A stretch of 60,119 nucleotides of DNA from an uncultured archaeon. Its GTDB lineage: Archaea; Asgardarchaeota; Lokiarchaeia; Sigyniarchaeales; SOKP01. The position numbers were made by a program, and so were the translations under genes. Below the pieces are notes generated by a model. The model did not search any database. It saw nothing but the letters and a program-made list of their open reading frames with translations, and was not told where the DNA came from. Shown piece by piece: positions 8,786 to 17,326 of the stretch (position 1 is the stretch's first letter; every line of letters begins with the position of its first letter). Where the stretch lies: NCBI GenBank assembly GCA_964447495.1, contig CAYUTF010000011.1, positions 1 through 60,119 on the forward strand, in the 5' to 3' direction.

Positions 8786-9865
8786 TTAATTTATTTTTAT
8801 AGGATAATGTCCATATTTCTCAATTGCTTTTGGAATTGCGAGGATATTGGGAATTGATACTCCCCATGGTAAGCTACAAACGGGGCAGCAAATATATCTA
8901 CCCCCAGGAGCCAAGTTTAGGATGTTCTCTTTTACCTTTTCTTCAACGTCAGCAGGAGTTCCTGTGAGCATTTCTCGACTTACGTCAATATTGGCACCTA
9001 TAATTGCGATTTTTGGGTGCTTCTTTCTAAAATCAATCCAATATTCAATATCTAATGGATGGCTGCCATTAACCGCAATAAAGTCAATTTCCTCGACAAC
9101 TTCTGTGAAATATGGTGAAGTTCCGCAGTTATGAAGCATAAAAGGGACTTTTATTTTATCCATCATTCTCTTAATAAACTGCCCTTCATAGCGCATAGCA
9201 TCTTGAAAACTCATCATATGACGGTTGAATGCATATCCTGCGATAAATACATTAGGAGGCATCCCTACAATTTCAAGCCAATTCTCATAAATGTCCATTT
9301 GGGATTCATAAATTTTTTCGCACAGTTTTAACAACAAATCAGGATTTCGACGCATATCCTTATAGGCTTCTATGCCACGCAATTCTTGAACAACAGACCA
9401 AATACTTAAGCTAATTACCTGGGGAAATCTAATTTTATCTTGAATCATTTTTGCTGCTTGTAAGGAATTTCTCCATACACTATTCTTACTATGATCTGGA
9501 ATTTCTAGCTTGTCAATATCTTCTTCAGACTTACAAATTACCCCCTGTTTACACATTAGGGGTTGATAATCAAACCACTTAATTGCATCTAACTTGTTGT
9601 TCGCTTCCGCGAATGCTAAACCCTCAATCGGTCCTGCATAAGCACTTGGAACATTTATAGAATCGGTATTTAAAAACTCAAAAGTGTTTATAATCGCATT
9701 GGCATATATTTTTGGGGAACTATATAATTCCTTTACAGTTTTGCCGGTTACTCGACAAATCATTTGTTCCCCTGCAAATGCAAGAAACGGAACTTTATCA
9801 ACTCTTTTTGATCCTGCTATTGTCCTAAATATTCTATTAACAGAAGCAGCCCAATCTTTAACCAA
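8786..9865 (-). CDS. MtaA/CmuA-like methylcobamide methyltransferase (uroporphyrinogen decarboxylase family)
   Basis: DKVPF, zinc motif HNCG...C (CCPVCSL), GANID and GTPADV; follows a corrinoid protein gene. Confidence 0.8.
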   Translation of the reverse strand: MVKDWAASVNRIFRTIAGSKRVDKVPFLAFAGEQMICRVTGKTVKELYSSPKIYANAIINTFEFLNTDSINVPSAYAGPIEGLAFAEANNKLDAIKWFDYQPLMCKQGVICKSEEDIDKLEIPDHSKNSVWRNSLQAAKMIQDKIRFPQVISLSIWSVVQELRGIEAYKDMRRNPDLLLKLCEKIYESQMDIYENWLEIVGMPPNVFIAGYAFNRHMMSFQDAMRYEGQFIKRMMDKIKVPFMLHNCGTSPYFTEVVEEIDFIAVNGSHPLDIEYWIDFRKKHPKIAIIGANIDVSREMLTGTPADVEEKVKENILNLAPGGRYICCPVCSLPWGVSIPNILAIPKAIEKYGHYPIKIN

Positions 9866-9887
9866 TTTATTATTACACCTCTTTTAT

Positions 9888-10523
9888 TCAAAATAATTTA
9901 TTTATTTTCTTAACTCCTTCCCAACCATCTTTGGCAAAGTCATCGGCTCCTATCATTTCACACGATTCTTTTGATAAAATTCCACCACCAACGATTATTC
10001 GAGATTGGATATTCTCACTTTTAAGCAAATTAACAATTTCAACCATTTTAGAGATGCTCATTGTCATTAATCCACTCAATCCTATCAAAATGGGATTTAT
10101 TTCTTTTGCTTTTCTTAGAAACTCTTCTGGGGGAACATCTGATCCTAAATCAACAATATCAAAACCTTGTCCTTGTAATAGTGAGACTACCAAACTCTTT
10201 CCTATATCATGGATATCACCTTCTACGGTACCAATTAATATTGTGCCTTTAGATTCTATTTCTGATTTTCCATTTAATGACCCCTTTAATATTTCAGTAG
10301 CGGCATTAATGGCATCACCAGTCATTAGTAAATCAGGAAGAAAGTATTCGTCCTCTTCATATAAATTCCCAGCTTCTTCAGCGCCTTTAAGAATTGCTCT
10401 ATTCAAAATCTCTTTGACTGGTATTCCCATTTTAATAGAGATATTAACTAATTCAATTGCTTTATTTGGATCTCCTTTTAAAATTGCGCTTTTTAATTCT
10501 TCTAACAATTCTTCTTGTTTCAT
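9888..10523 (-). CDS. Methyltransferase cognate corrinoid (B12-binding) protein, MtaC/MttC-like
   Basis: GTVEGDIHDIGK (DxHxxG), SGLMT and VGGG motifs with N-terminal cap domain. Confidence 0.9.
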   Translation of the reverse strand: MKQEELLEELKSAILKGDPNKAIELVNISIKMGIPVKEILNRAILKGAEEAGNLYEEDEYFLPDLLMTGDAINAATEILKGSLNGKSEIESKGTILIGTVEGDIHDIGKSLVVSLLQGQGFDIVDLGSDVPPEEFLRKAKEINPILIGLSGLMTMSISKMVEIVNLLKSENIQSRIIVGGGILSKESCEMIGADDFAKDGWEGVKKINKLF

Positions 10524-10680
10524 AATTAATATAATATTATTTCTGTCCTTTAATTTAAAAACATTTTTTTTTATGATAAATTTTTTTCTAAAACGAGATA
10601 TATTGATCTTGATGCGTAGGAATTATGAAAAAAAAAGGGAACTTAGTTCTAAAATTATTTTGATAATGCATTCATTTTAT

Positions 10681-11079
10681 TTACTTTTTATTCTCTCTCA
10701 TATAGAAAAATCCGTTGAGGATTGCCAATAGGATAATCAATATAGTGTCTAACCAATGAAAGCCGAGATTCGTCATTGAACGAGTGACATATATTGCAGA
10801 TGTAATGTTGATAATTCCTATCACAATAAGAAATACTAGTACATAAAAGACAAATGATTTGATGTCATTCCACTCTTTCTTTATGAAAGCATATATCGCT
10901 ACAATTCCAATAGTCAGTATAGCTCCACCGAAAAGTCGCCAGAAATGAGGATCAAAATATGGTGCATCATTCATAGAATAGACAATTTCAGGAAGAAAGA
11001 CATACAAGATACCGTAGATAAAAGCAATAATTATGTCAATAATTAACATAATTTTAAATTCTTTCGATATTTCTGCCAT
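10681..11079 (-). CDS. Small 4-TM membrane protein of unknown function
   Basis: Four hydrophobic segments in 132 aa; RLFGGA motif. Confidence 0.65.
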   Translation of the reverse strand: MAEISKEFKIMLIIDIIIAFIYGILYVFLPEIVYSMNDAPYFDPHFWRLFGGAILTIGIVAIYAFIKKEWNDIKSFVFYVLVFLIVIGIINITSAIYVTRSMTNLGFHWLDTILIILLAILNGFFYMRENKK

Positions 11080-11224
11080 TATTCATTCACTTTAGATTTC
11101 ATTTTATAAAGATTGTGAGTATGATTAAGAAAGATGAATATTAAAGTCTTCACAAAAATGTAAAATCGTTATAGCTATATAATGATTGATTACCAAAAAT
11201 GAGTTTAAGATGTTATTATCAAAT

Positions 11225-11869
11225 TTAATTGATTTCTTTGATACCTATAGCAGCAATCCATCCTTTTTTTCTCTCTTCAAAAATTTGGATATTACAAAAT
11301 CCTGCTTTTATTAAGAAATCGTTGTATTGTTCAGGAGTATGGATATGAAAATTTCCCAATTTTGACCATTTTTGAGCAATTTCCCTTTTCTTCTCATTGT
11401 TACATAGATATCCTTCATTAACTAAGATTAATTTCCCTTTTGGTTTAAGAACTCTATAAATTTCTTTTAAATCCTTTGGCAAATCTGGCCAAAAGTAATA
11501 TGCTTCAAAAGCACTTACTATGTCAAACATATCTTCATTAAAAGGTAGAGAAGAAACAGAGGCTTTATATATTTCTACAGTTCCATCATTAATATATATT
11601 TTATTAAATTTTCTGCTTGCATGTATCGCTGTGTCTGAATAATCAATTCCATAAACCTTTCCATTTTCTATAATTTCCGCAAACTTTCTTATATTTCCCC
11701 CGCCCCCACATCCAATATCTAAAATATTAAAATTTGGTTCTATTCTAATCTTAGATAACCCCCATTTTGCTAATTTTGCATGTCCTTTATTCATTCCCTT
11801 AGCTATTACTCGCCCTAGTTTTCCACTTGGATTTCTCACTTGATTTACTAAAGTTTTTTTAAAACCCAT
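11225..11869 (-). CDS. Class I SAM-dependent methyltransferase
   Basis: ILDIGCGGG, GIDYS, LPF...FDIV and RVLKPKG motifs. Confidence 0.9.
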   Translation of the reverse strand: MGFKKTLVNQVRNPSGKLGRVIAKGMNKGHAKLAKWGLSKIRIEPNFNILDIGCGGGGNIRKFAEIIENGKVYGIDYSDTAIHASRKFNKIYINDGTVEIYKASVSSLPFNEDMFDIVSAFEAYYFWPDLPKDLKEIYRVLKPKGKLILVNEGYLCNNEKKREIAQKWSKLGNFHIHTPEQYNDFLIKAGFCNIQIFEERKKGWIAAIGIKEIN

Positions 11870-11920
11870 TTATAATCATCTTTAAGTTTTTGATGGTCTA
11901 TTATTAATAGACTTATTATT

Positions 11921-12529
11921 TTATTTTTTATAACTAAATGGAAGATACCTTCCTACCTTTAATCTATATTCTTTATATTTATCACCAAATCGCCTACTAA
12001 GAAATTTTTCCTCATCCCTTATTTTAGAGTCAAATGTTATCACATTTGCTATTAAGAAGATTAATGAAATTACTGTTGGAATGATAAGAAAACTTCCAAG
12101 AAGAAGCAAATATACTCCCATTACAATAGGATTTCTCATTAACCTATAAATTCCTGTAGTAATTAAAGAAATTTCTTCTTTTGGAAGTTCAATTCTAAAG
12201 TTAGTTCCAAGAGCGAATGTGCCCCACCCATCTAATAGTAGTCCAAAGCTAACGATAATAAATCCTATGATTATAACTAAGTTTGAAGATAAAACATCTA
12301 TTGCTAAAAAGCGTGACATAGCTACATCCACTATGATATATGCAATGATATATAATAACCATGAGAAAATAGTAAAAGAAGTTAATCTTGTCAGTAGGGA
12401 GGCATTTTCATGTGTCCCATGGGGATCTTTACCTTTCTTCTTTATTATAACCATAGGTACAAACAATCCTATAAGAAATAAAGTAATAACAATAATATAA
12501 AATACTTTTATGATAATTGACTCAATCAT
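11921..12529 (-). CDS. Isoprenylcysteine carboxylmethyltransferase/PEMT family membrane protein
   Basis: LITTGIYRLMRNP and EEKFL..RFG..Y.EY...V.RY motifs; multiple TM helices. Confidence 0.85.
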   Translation of the reverse strand: MIESIIIKVFYIIVITLFLIGLFVPMVIIKKKGKDPHGTHENASLLTRLTSFTIFSWLLYIIAYIIVDVAMSRFLAIDVLSSNLVIIIGFIIVSFGLLLDGWGTFALGTNFRIELPKEEISLITTGIYRLMRNPIVMGVYLLLLGSFLIIPTVISLIFLIANVITFDSKIRDEEKFLSRRFGDKYKEYRLKVGRYLPFSYKK

Positions 12530-12898
12530 TTATATTGCCTCCCATACTTTTAAAAAAATATTATCTTTTAATAATTATTTAATTTATTTAAATATTTTAG
12601 TCATACCTAAATTATTAAATTATATTGGCAATAAAAACCTCCTTTAAACTAAAGTGAAGTATTCTCATGACTAAATGCCTACAATTAATTAATTGAGTAA
12701 TAGAATAGATCTAAGAAAAACAATTTTAATTTTAATGAGACATAATCCGGAAGAAATAGATATAAGATACCATATAAAAAAGCAATAAGTATGTTTACTT
12801 TTATTTTCAGTGATTAATTTCTAATATTTTAAATTTAGATGTTCATTAAATAAAACATAAAATAATCCAATTTTCTCTAGTAGAGTTGAGAGCTTAAA

Positions 12899-14572
12899 AT
12901 GAGAAAAAGAACTATCTTCATGATATTAATAATTTTAACATCTATTATAGTCCAATTATTTGGAATTCCATATTTGGGAATTAAATTTTCATCCAATGAT
13001 TTAGAGTTTGATTTTATCTATAATTGGGATCTTATTGGAACAGGAGGATGGTATGAAGGTTATACTGAAAATTATATATCAACTGGTTCATATATTGTGG
13101 AATTTAATGGAGAAATTGCTAGTGTAACTGGAAGTGTATCATGGAGATGGTCAGAGAATTATTATCATACCTCTGATAGTGCTACAGAATTACATTCCTT
13201 CACCTATTCCTTAATTAATGGGACCTATTTAACGGGAACTGATCAGGATTATGATACAACTAATATGACGGTATGGTTTCACATACCGGGAGGAATTACA
13301 GGGGCTTCATATGATATTCTTGATACGTCCTATGATGTAATTGGTGATTCAATTATTTGGTTTGGATATTTAATGCCATTCACGGGGAAGAATTTGCATT
13401 CTGAGGGAATATATGCTCGTGATGATGTCTATGGGCAATTTTCAGCAAATTATCGGGTTGATGATTTTTTTACGGCGGAAGGGTATCTGATTGGAGAAAT
13501 ATATACAGAACAAGATGAAGGATATGATAAAGATACAGGATATTGGTCTGAATTTACATTAAATTCAATCTTATTTATAACGGCATCCAGTTATTTTAAA
13601 GGCTTTAATTTTGGAATGTATTTCTTAGCTTATTGGGGCCCTATACTCCTTTTCTTGATCCTATTATTCGTGGTTTATGAGAATTTAAGATGGAAACCAC
13701 GAGTGATTAGCAAGAACTTAATAGAAAGAGAAATTATCATAGAATGCAATCTCCCTAAGGATGCTGCATTTGAAATTAATTCTGCTTATTCCGGGGTTAT
13801 ATCATCCTATCTTGTTCGCGCAAAAGCTCAAGGTAAAAGAATCATATGTGCTCATGATCAAAAAAGCATAATTGGGATAGGTTTTGTTGAACCGAATGGA
13901 AAAATTGGCACTTTTTATGGAAAATACAATGCTGAAATGATAAAATATTCAAAAGTGAAATATGCTTTTACTGAGTCTGGAAGAATTTTTGGGTTTAAAA
14001 CTATTGAAATTTATGATATTTTTCAAATTGAAAATCTCCAAAACCGAAATTTTACCTATGATACACTTCATATAAAACCTACGATCCCACAATACTTGAC
14101 AGGAATAATGAAAATGATTGCAAATGAAGATAGTGGAAAAGCTAAACCTCGTTATGCTAAATGGGTTCAGAAATCTTATGAGGATGATATTTCAGTGGTA
14201 TCAATAGCTAATCGACAAGAAAGGTGGATTCAATCAATTATAACAGATTTATATCGTCATAATTATCCAAAACCAGAAATGATTGATTCGGAAGTAATAA
14301 TGGGAGCGGGTTTTGCAACGCCAGGAGAAGAAACAGGATGGTTATATGGATTATATGTTCATCCTGCATTTAGAAATCATGGGTTGGGGAGAATGTTAGT
14401 ACTCTCTCGACTTTCTGCTCTTAAGGAAATGGGATGTGGAACAGCAATTACAGAGATTGCAGAATGGAATAGTCCAGCCAAAAATATTTATGATGATTTA
14501 AACGCTCAAAATATAGGTAAAATCAATCTATTAGGAAAAAAAATGCCTAAGGTTAAGGTGAGAAGATATTGA
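12899..14572 (+). CDS. Membrane-spanning protein with extracytoplasmic domain and C-terminal GNAT acetyltransferase
   Basis: N-terminal hydrophobic helix, Y/W/G/T/D-rich domain, second TM helix (FGMYFLAYWGPILLFLILLFVVY), GNAT motif A LYVHPAFRNHGLG and motif B NSPAKNIY. Confidence 0.75.
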   Translation: MRKRTIFMILIILTSIIVQLFGIPYLGIKFSSNDLEFDFIYNWDLIGTGGWYEGYTENYISTGSYIVEFNGEIASVTGSVSWRWSENYYHTSDSATELHSFTYSLINGTYLTGTDQDYDTTNMTVWFHIPGGITGASYDILDTSYDVIGDSIIWFGYLMPFTGKNLHSEGIYARDDVYGQFSANYRVDDFFTAEGYLIGEIYTEQDEGYDKDTGYWSEFTLNSILFITASSYFKGFNFGMYFLAYWGPILLFLILLFVVYENLRWKPRVISKNLIEREIIIECNLPKDAAFEINSAYSGVISSYLVRAKAQGKRIICAHDQKSIIGIGFVEPNGKIGTFYGKYNAEMIKYSKVKYAFTESGRIFGFKTIEIYDIFQIENLQNRNFTYDTLHIKPTIPQYLTGIMKMIANEDSGKAKPRYAKWVQKSYEDDISVVSIANRQERWIQSIITDLYRHNYPKPEMIDSEVIMGAGFATPGEETGWLYGLYVHPAFRNHGLGRMLVLSRLSALKEMGCGTAITEIAEWNSPAKNIYDDLNAQNIGKINLLGKKMPKVKVRRY

Positions 14573-15774
14573 ATGAGTTTAACTTAGGAGACTCTTCGTT
14601 GTATCATAATTTTTTGCTTAATTCAACTGATATAAAACTTATAGAAAAAGAACCTGAACATCAAACAATTAACCCCCAATTTAAATCACTTCACAACTGG
14701 ATAAAGCTTTATTTAGGACCTGCTACGGCAGAACTTCATAATATAAATAAAAAACAGCATCCCGCTATTAAAGATGAGAATCGTAATGCAATAATACCAG
14801 CGTTTAATATAAAAATTAAGGATACTCTATTTTATTTATCTGTAAAAGGATGTGGAGCATATGAGGATATGTTCTTAGGAGGAAAGTTAACGCCTTCAAA
14901 ATTGAAGGAATCATGCCGAGATCCAAAACTGCATTCTAGCTTAGAAAAGCTATCAACAGGATTAGGGTTTATGATGGGGGAATCATGGATGGGAGAAAGC
15001 CCTTATGGAGCGCAAGGACATATTAATGCTTTTGATGAGCTAAACTTTTCAATGCTAGCAAATATAACCTCAATCAATGGTGCATACATTTGTCCTACAA
15101 TAGGAATTGTTCAATTACCAACTGAGATAGAGAAGATTGCAAGAAACTTTTTTTGGTTTCGGACGTATAGAGACCATTTTTATCAAGTACTACGTCTCGT
15201 TCCATCTAATATACGATTATATTTTGAATCAAATTATATAATAGCTAATCCAAGTTCAATTTTTTCTCTATTTGAAATTGATACTGCTGAAAAAGTAGAA
15301 GCGTTCGAAATCAATTTCATTAAAAGTGGAATAGCTCTACTATCTTTATTTACCAGATCTGTTAAATCTAAAGGAGAAAATATTACAGGTATTATATACC
15401 AGGATGTGTGGTTTGATAAGGATTGCATTGTTGCTCCAAATGGAATCATCTACTTTGCCGATATTGAGGGTTTGATTTGGAAGACAATTCCTTTGGAAGA
15501 TTTCGCAGAAATCCAAACAAAAGAATGGCAAAAACTAGTCTATGAATTTCTTTATTGCCTTTTTAAAATAGATTCATATCGCTATTTATTACAAGAAAGG
15601 GAGCCCAAATGGTCAAAGCAACGAGAAGAGTTAGCCTTATTGATACATCACGCATTAAATAAAGATTTAATTACATTTGCTGAAAATCAAAATAACAATT
15701 TAGTTATTAAAATAGAGGGAGACTTACTTCCTTCAATTGAAATTCCATTAATTGAAAAGGTGAATTATGTATGA
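14569..15774 (+). CDS. Hypothetical protein with SelO/YdiU-like kinase-fold motifs
   Basis: LSVKGCG, RLVPSNIRLYF and DKDCIV...YFADIEG motifs; TTG start overlaps the upstream stop by 4 nt. Confidence 0.55.
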   Translation: MNEFNLGDSSLYHNFLLNSTDIKLIEKEPEHQTINPQFKSLHNWIKLYLGPATAELHNINKKQHPAIKDENRNAIIPAFNIKIKDTLFYLSVKGCGAYEDMFLGGKLTPSKLKESCRDPKLHSSLEKLSTGLGFMMGESWMGESPYGAQGHINAFDELNFSMLANITSINGAYICPTIGIVQLPTEIEKIARNFFWFRTYRDHFYQVLRLVPSNIRLYFESNYIIANPSSIFSLFEIDTAEKVEAFEINFIKSGIALLSLFTRSVKSKGENITGIIYQDVWFDKDCIVAPNGIIYFADIEGLIWKTIPLEDFAEIQTKEWQKLVYEFLYCLFKIDSYRYLLQEREPKWSKQREELALLIHHALNKDLITFAENQNNNLVIKIEGDLLPSIEIPLIEKVNYV

Positions 15775-17282
15775 AATGTGAAAGAGCATTAGAGATATTA
15801 TATTCTATCAAAAATAAAGTCGATATCATCACATCTTACGAAGAGATATCGGAATTATTCCGTTTTAATTTAATTTTAGAATTTTTTTCACAAGGGCCAA
15901 GCAAACATTTAGAATATGATATAAAAGGACTGAAAAGTCAGTTTATAACTCTCAGTTCAGAAATTAGAGCTTCTTACAAGAATATTATTTCAATGGAAGG
16001 AGAATATAAACATTTATCCATATTTAAAAAACTTTTAGCACATTTAAGAATCGGAATCGGACATGAATTAAAGAGTGAACTTAAAGAGCTACAACATATC
16101 ATTGAAGATAAGGAAATACAAGTAAAAAATCTTAAAAATCAGATTTTACAACTAAATTCAGAAAAGGAAGCTATTGAAAGAGCGGTTAAAGTAAACGGAA
16201 AAAAAGTGACGCTTACACCTATAGGTGACACAATGATTAATGAAATAAGAGCTCGTAGGCGTTTCTATTTTAGGGAATTAAGTGAATTAATTGATATTCT
16301 TAACCGATTAGATGTAGTATTCACAGATATTATTACTCAAGTTGGAAATCTGATGCGAAAGAATAGTTTTTCTCCAATATGGGCATTATATTTAATCAAC
16401 ATCGACATGCTAAACCTCTCAAAACTCTTAAATACAATTACAATGAGTGAATATAAATATGATACTGCCCAGAAAAGAATGATGATACTTTCTTTTTATT
16501 TAATGAATCATCCCGATGTATTGACACCGAAATCAAAGCATGAAGCTACTAGTATAGAAAAGCAATTGAAATTTAGATATCATTCAAATAATCCAAAAGA
16601 GCAGATTAATGAATTATTGGACCGTACCAATTACCCGACTAACAGTGCAAAAAGAGCAATTTCATTGCTTGGTAAATTATTTTCCATTAGATATGATAAA
16701 AATATTTTTTTCAAGCAAGAAATAGATACTTATTTAGAAAATCTCGAGATTCTTGTTGAATATCATTCAAACTTGCCGATGATCGGAAAAGAAACGCTCT
16801 TATATAAGCATTTAAAATCTTCTAGAGATGAAGAGATGGTTCATGTGCTATTGATATTAGCTCTTTCTACTCACTTAGATTCGTATAATTATTTTTTTGA
16901 ATTAATGCAAGATATTCCAGATGGTACGAAATTTTTCTCTTCAGTTTGTTCTTTATTTCCTTGGGATCCTGAGGAAACATGGATGATAATGCTGAGGGCG
17001 CAATCAAAAATACTTAAAGCCCAAAGTGCCAAATTTATTCCTGAACTAATAGAATATTCTTTATTGATGAGCCTAAATCCAATGATTCTTTCCATTGCAA
17101 ATAATGTATCAAAAGAAGAACTTGAAAGATGGAAAAACATAATTATTCCGATAATTCAATTGAGTATATATTCATACCTTGAAAAAGATTTAGAAACATA
17201 CATAAGACGCAGACCATTAGCGTATATTATAGCACCACGATATTATATTTATTCTTCTCTACATTATCATTCTATCGGGTAA
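15771..17282 (+). CDS. Hypothetical coiled-coil/helical protein
   Basis: 503-aa ORF, ATGA overlap with the upstream gene, heptad-rich region at about aa 50-140, aromatic/His-rich C-terminus. Confidence 0.7.
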   Translation: MKCERALEILYSIKNKVDIITSYEEISELFRFNLILEFFSQGPSKHLEYDIKGLKSQFITLSSEIRASYKNIISMEGEYKHLSIFKKLLAHLRIGIGHELKSELKELQHIIEDKEIQVKNLKNQILQLNSEKEAIERAVKVNGKKVTLTPIGDTMINEIRARRRFYFRELSELIDILNRLDVVFTDIITQVGNLMRKNSFSPIWALYLINIDMLNLSKLLNTITMSEYKYDTAQKRMMILSFYLMNHPDVLTPKSKHEATSIEKQLKFRYHSNNPKEQINELLDRTNYPTNSAKRAISLLGKLFSIRYDKNIFFKQEIDTYLENLEILVEYHSNLPMIGKETLLYKHLKSSRDEEMVHVLLILALSTHLDSYNYFFELMQDIPDGTKFFSSVCSLFPWDPEETWMIMLRAQSKILKAQSAKFIPELIEYSLLMSLNPMILSIANNVSKEELERWKNIIIPIIQLSIYSYLEKDLETYIRRRPLAYIIAPRYYIYSSLHYHSIG

Positions 17283-17326
17283 TAAATTCAATCCAAAGTT
17301 GAAATCAATTCAAATAAGTGATTATT

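Noticed and set aside
8786-10523. Methanogenesis or pyrrolysine-dependent methylamine use
   Set aside because: No mcr, mttB/mtbB/mtmB or in-frame TAG gene seen in the window.
9931-10731. 266-aa plus-strand ORF
   Set aside because: Antisense shadow of the corrinoid protein gene; Ser/Ile/Phe-rich with no motif.
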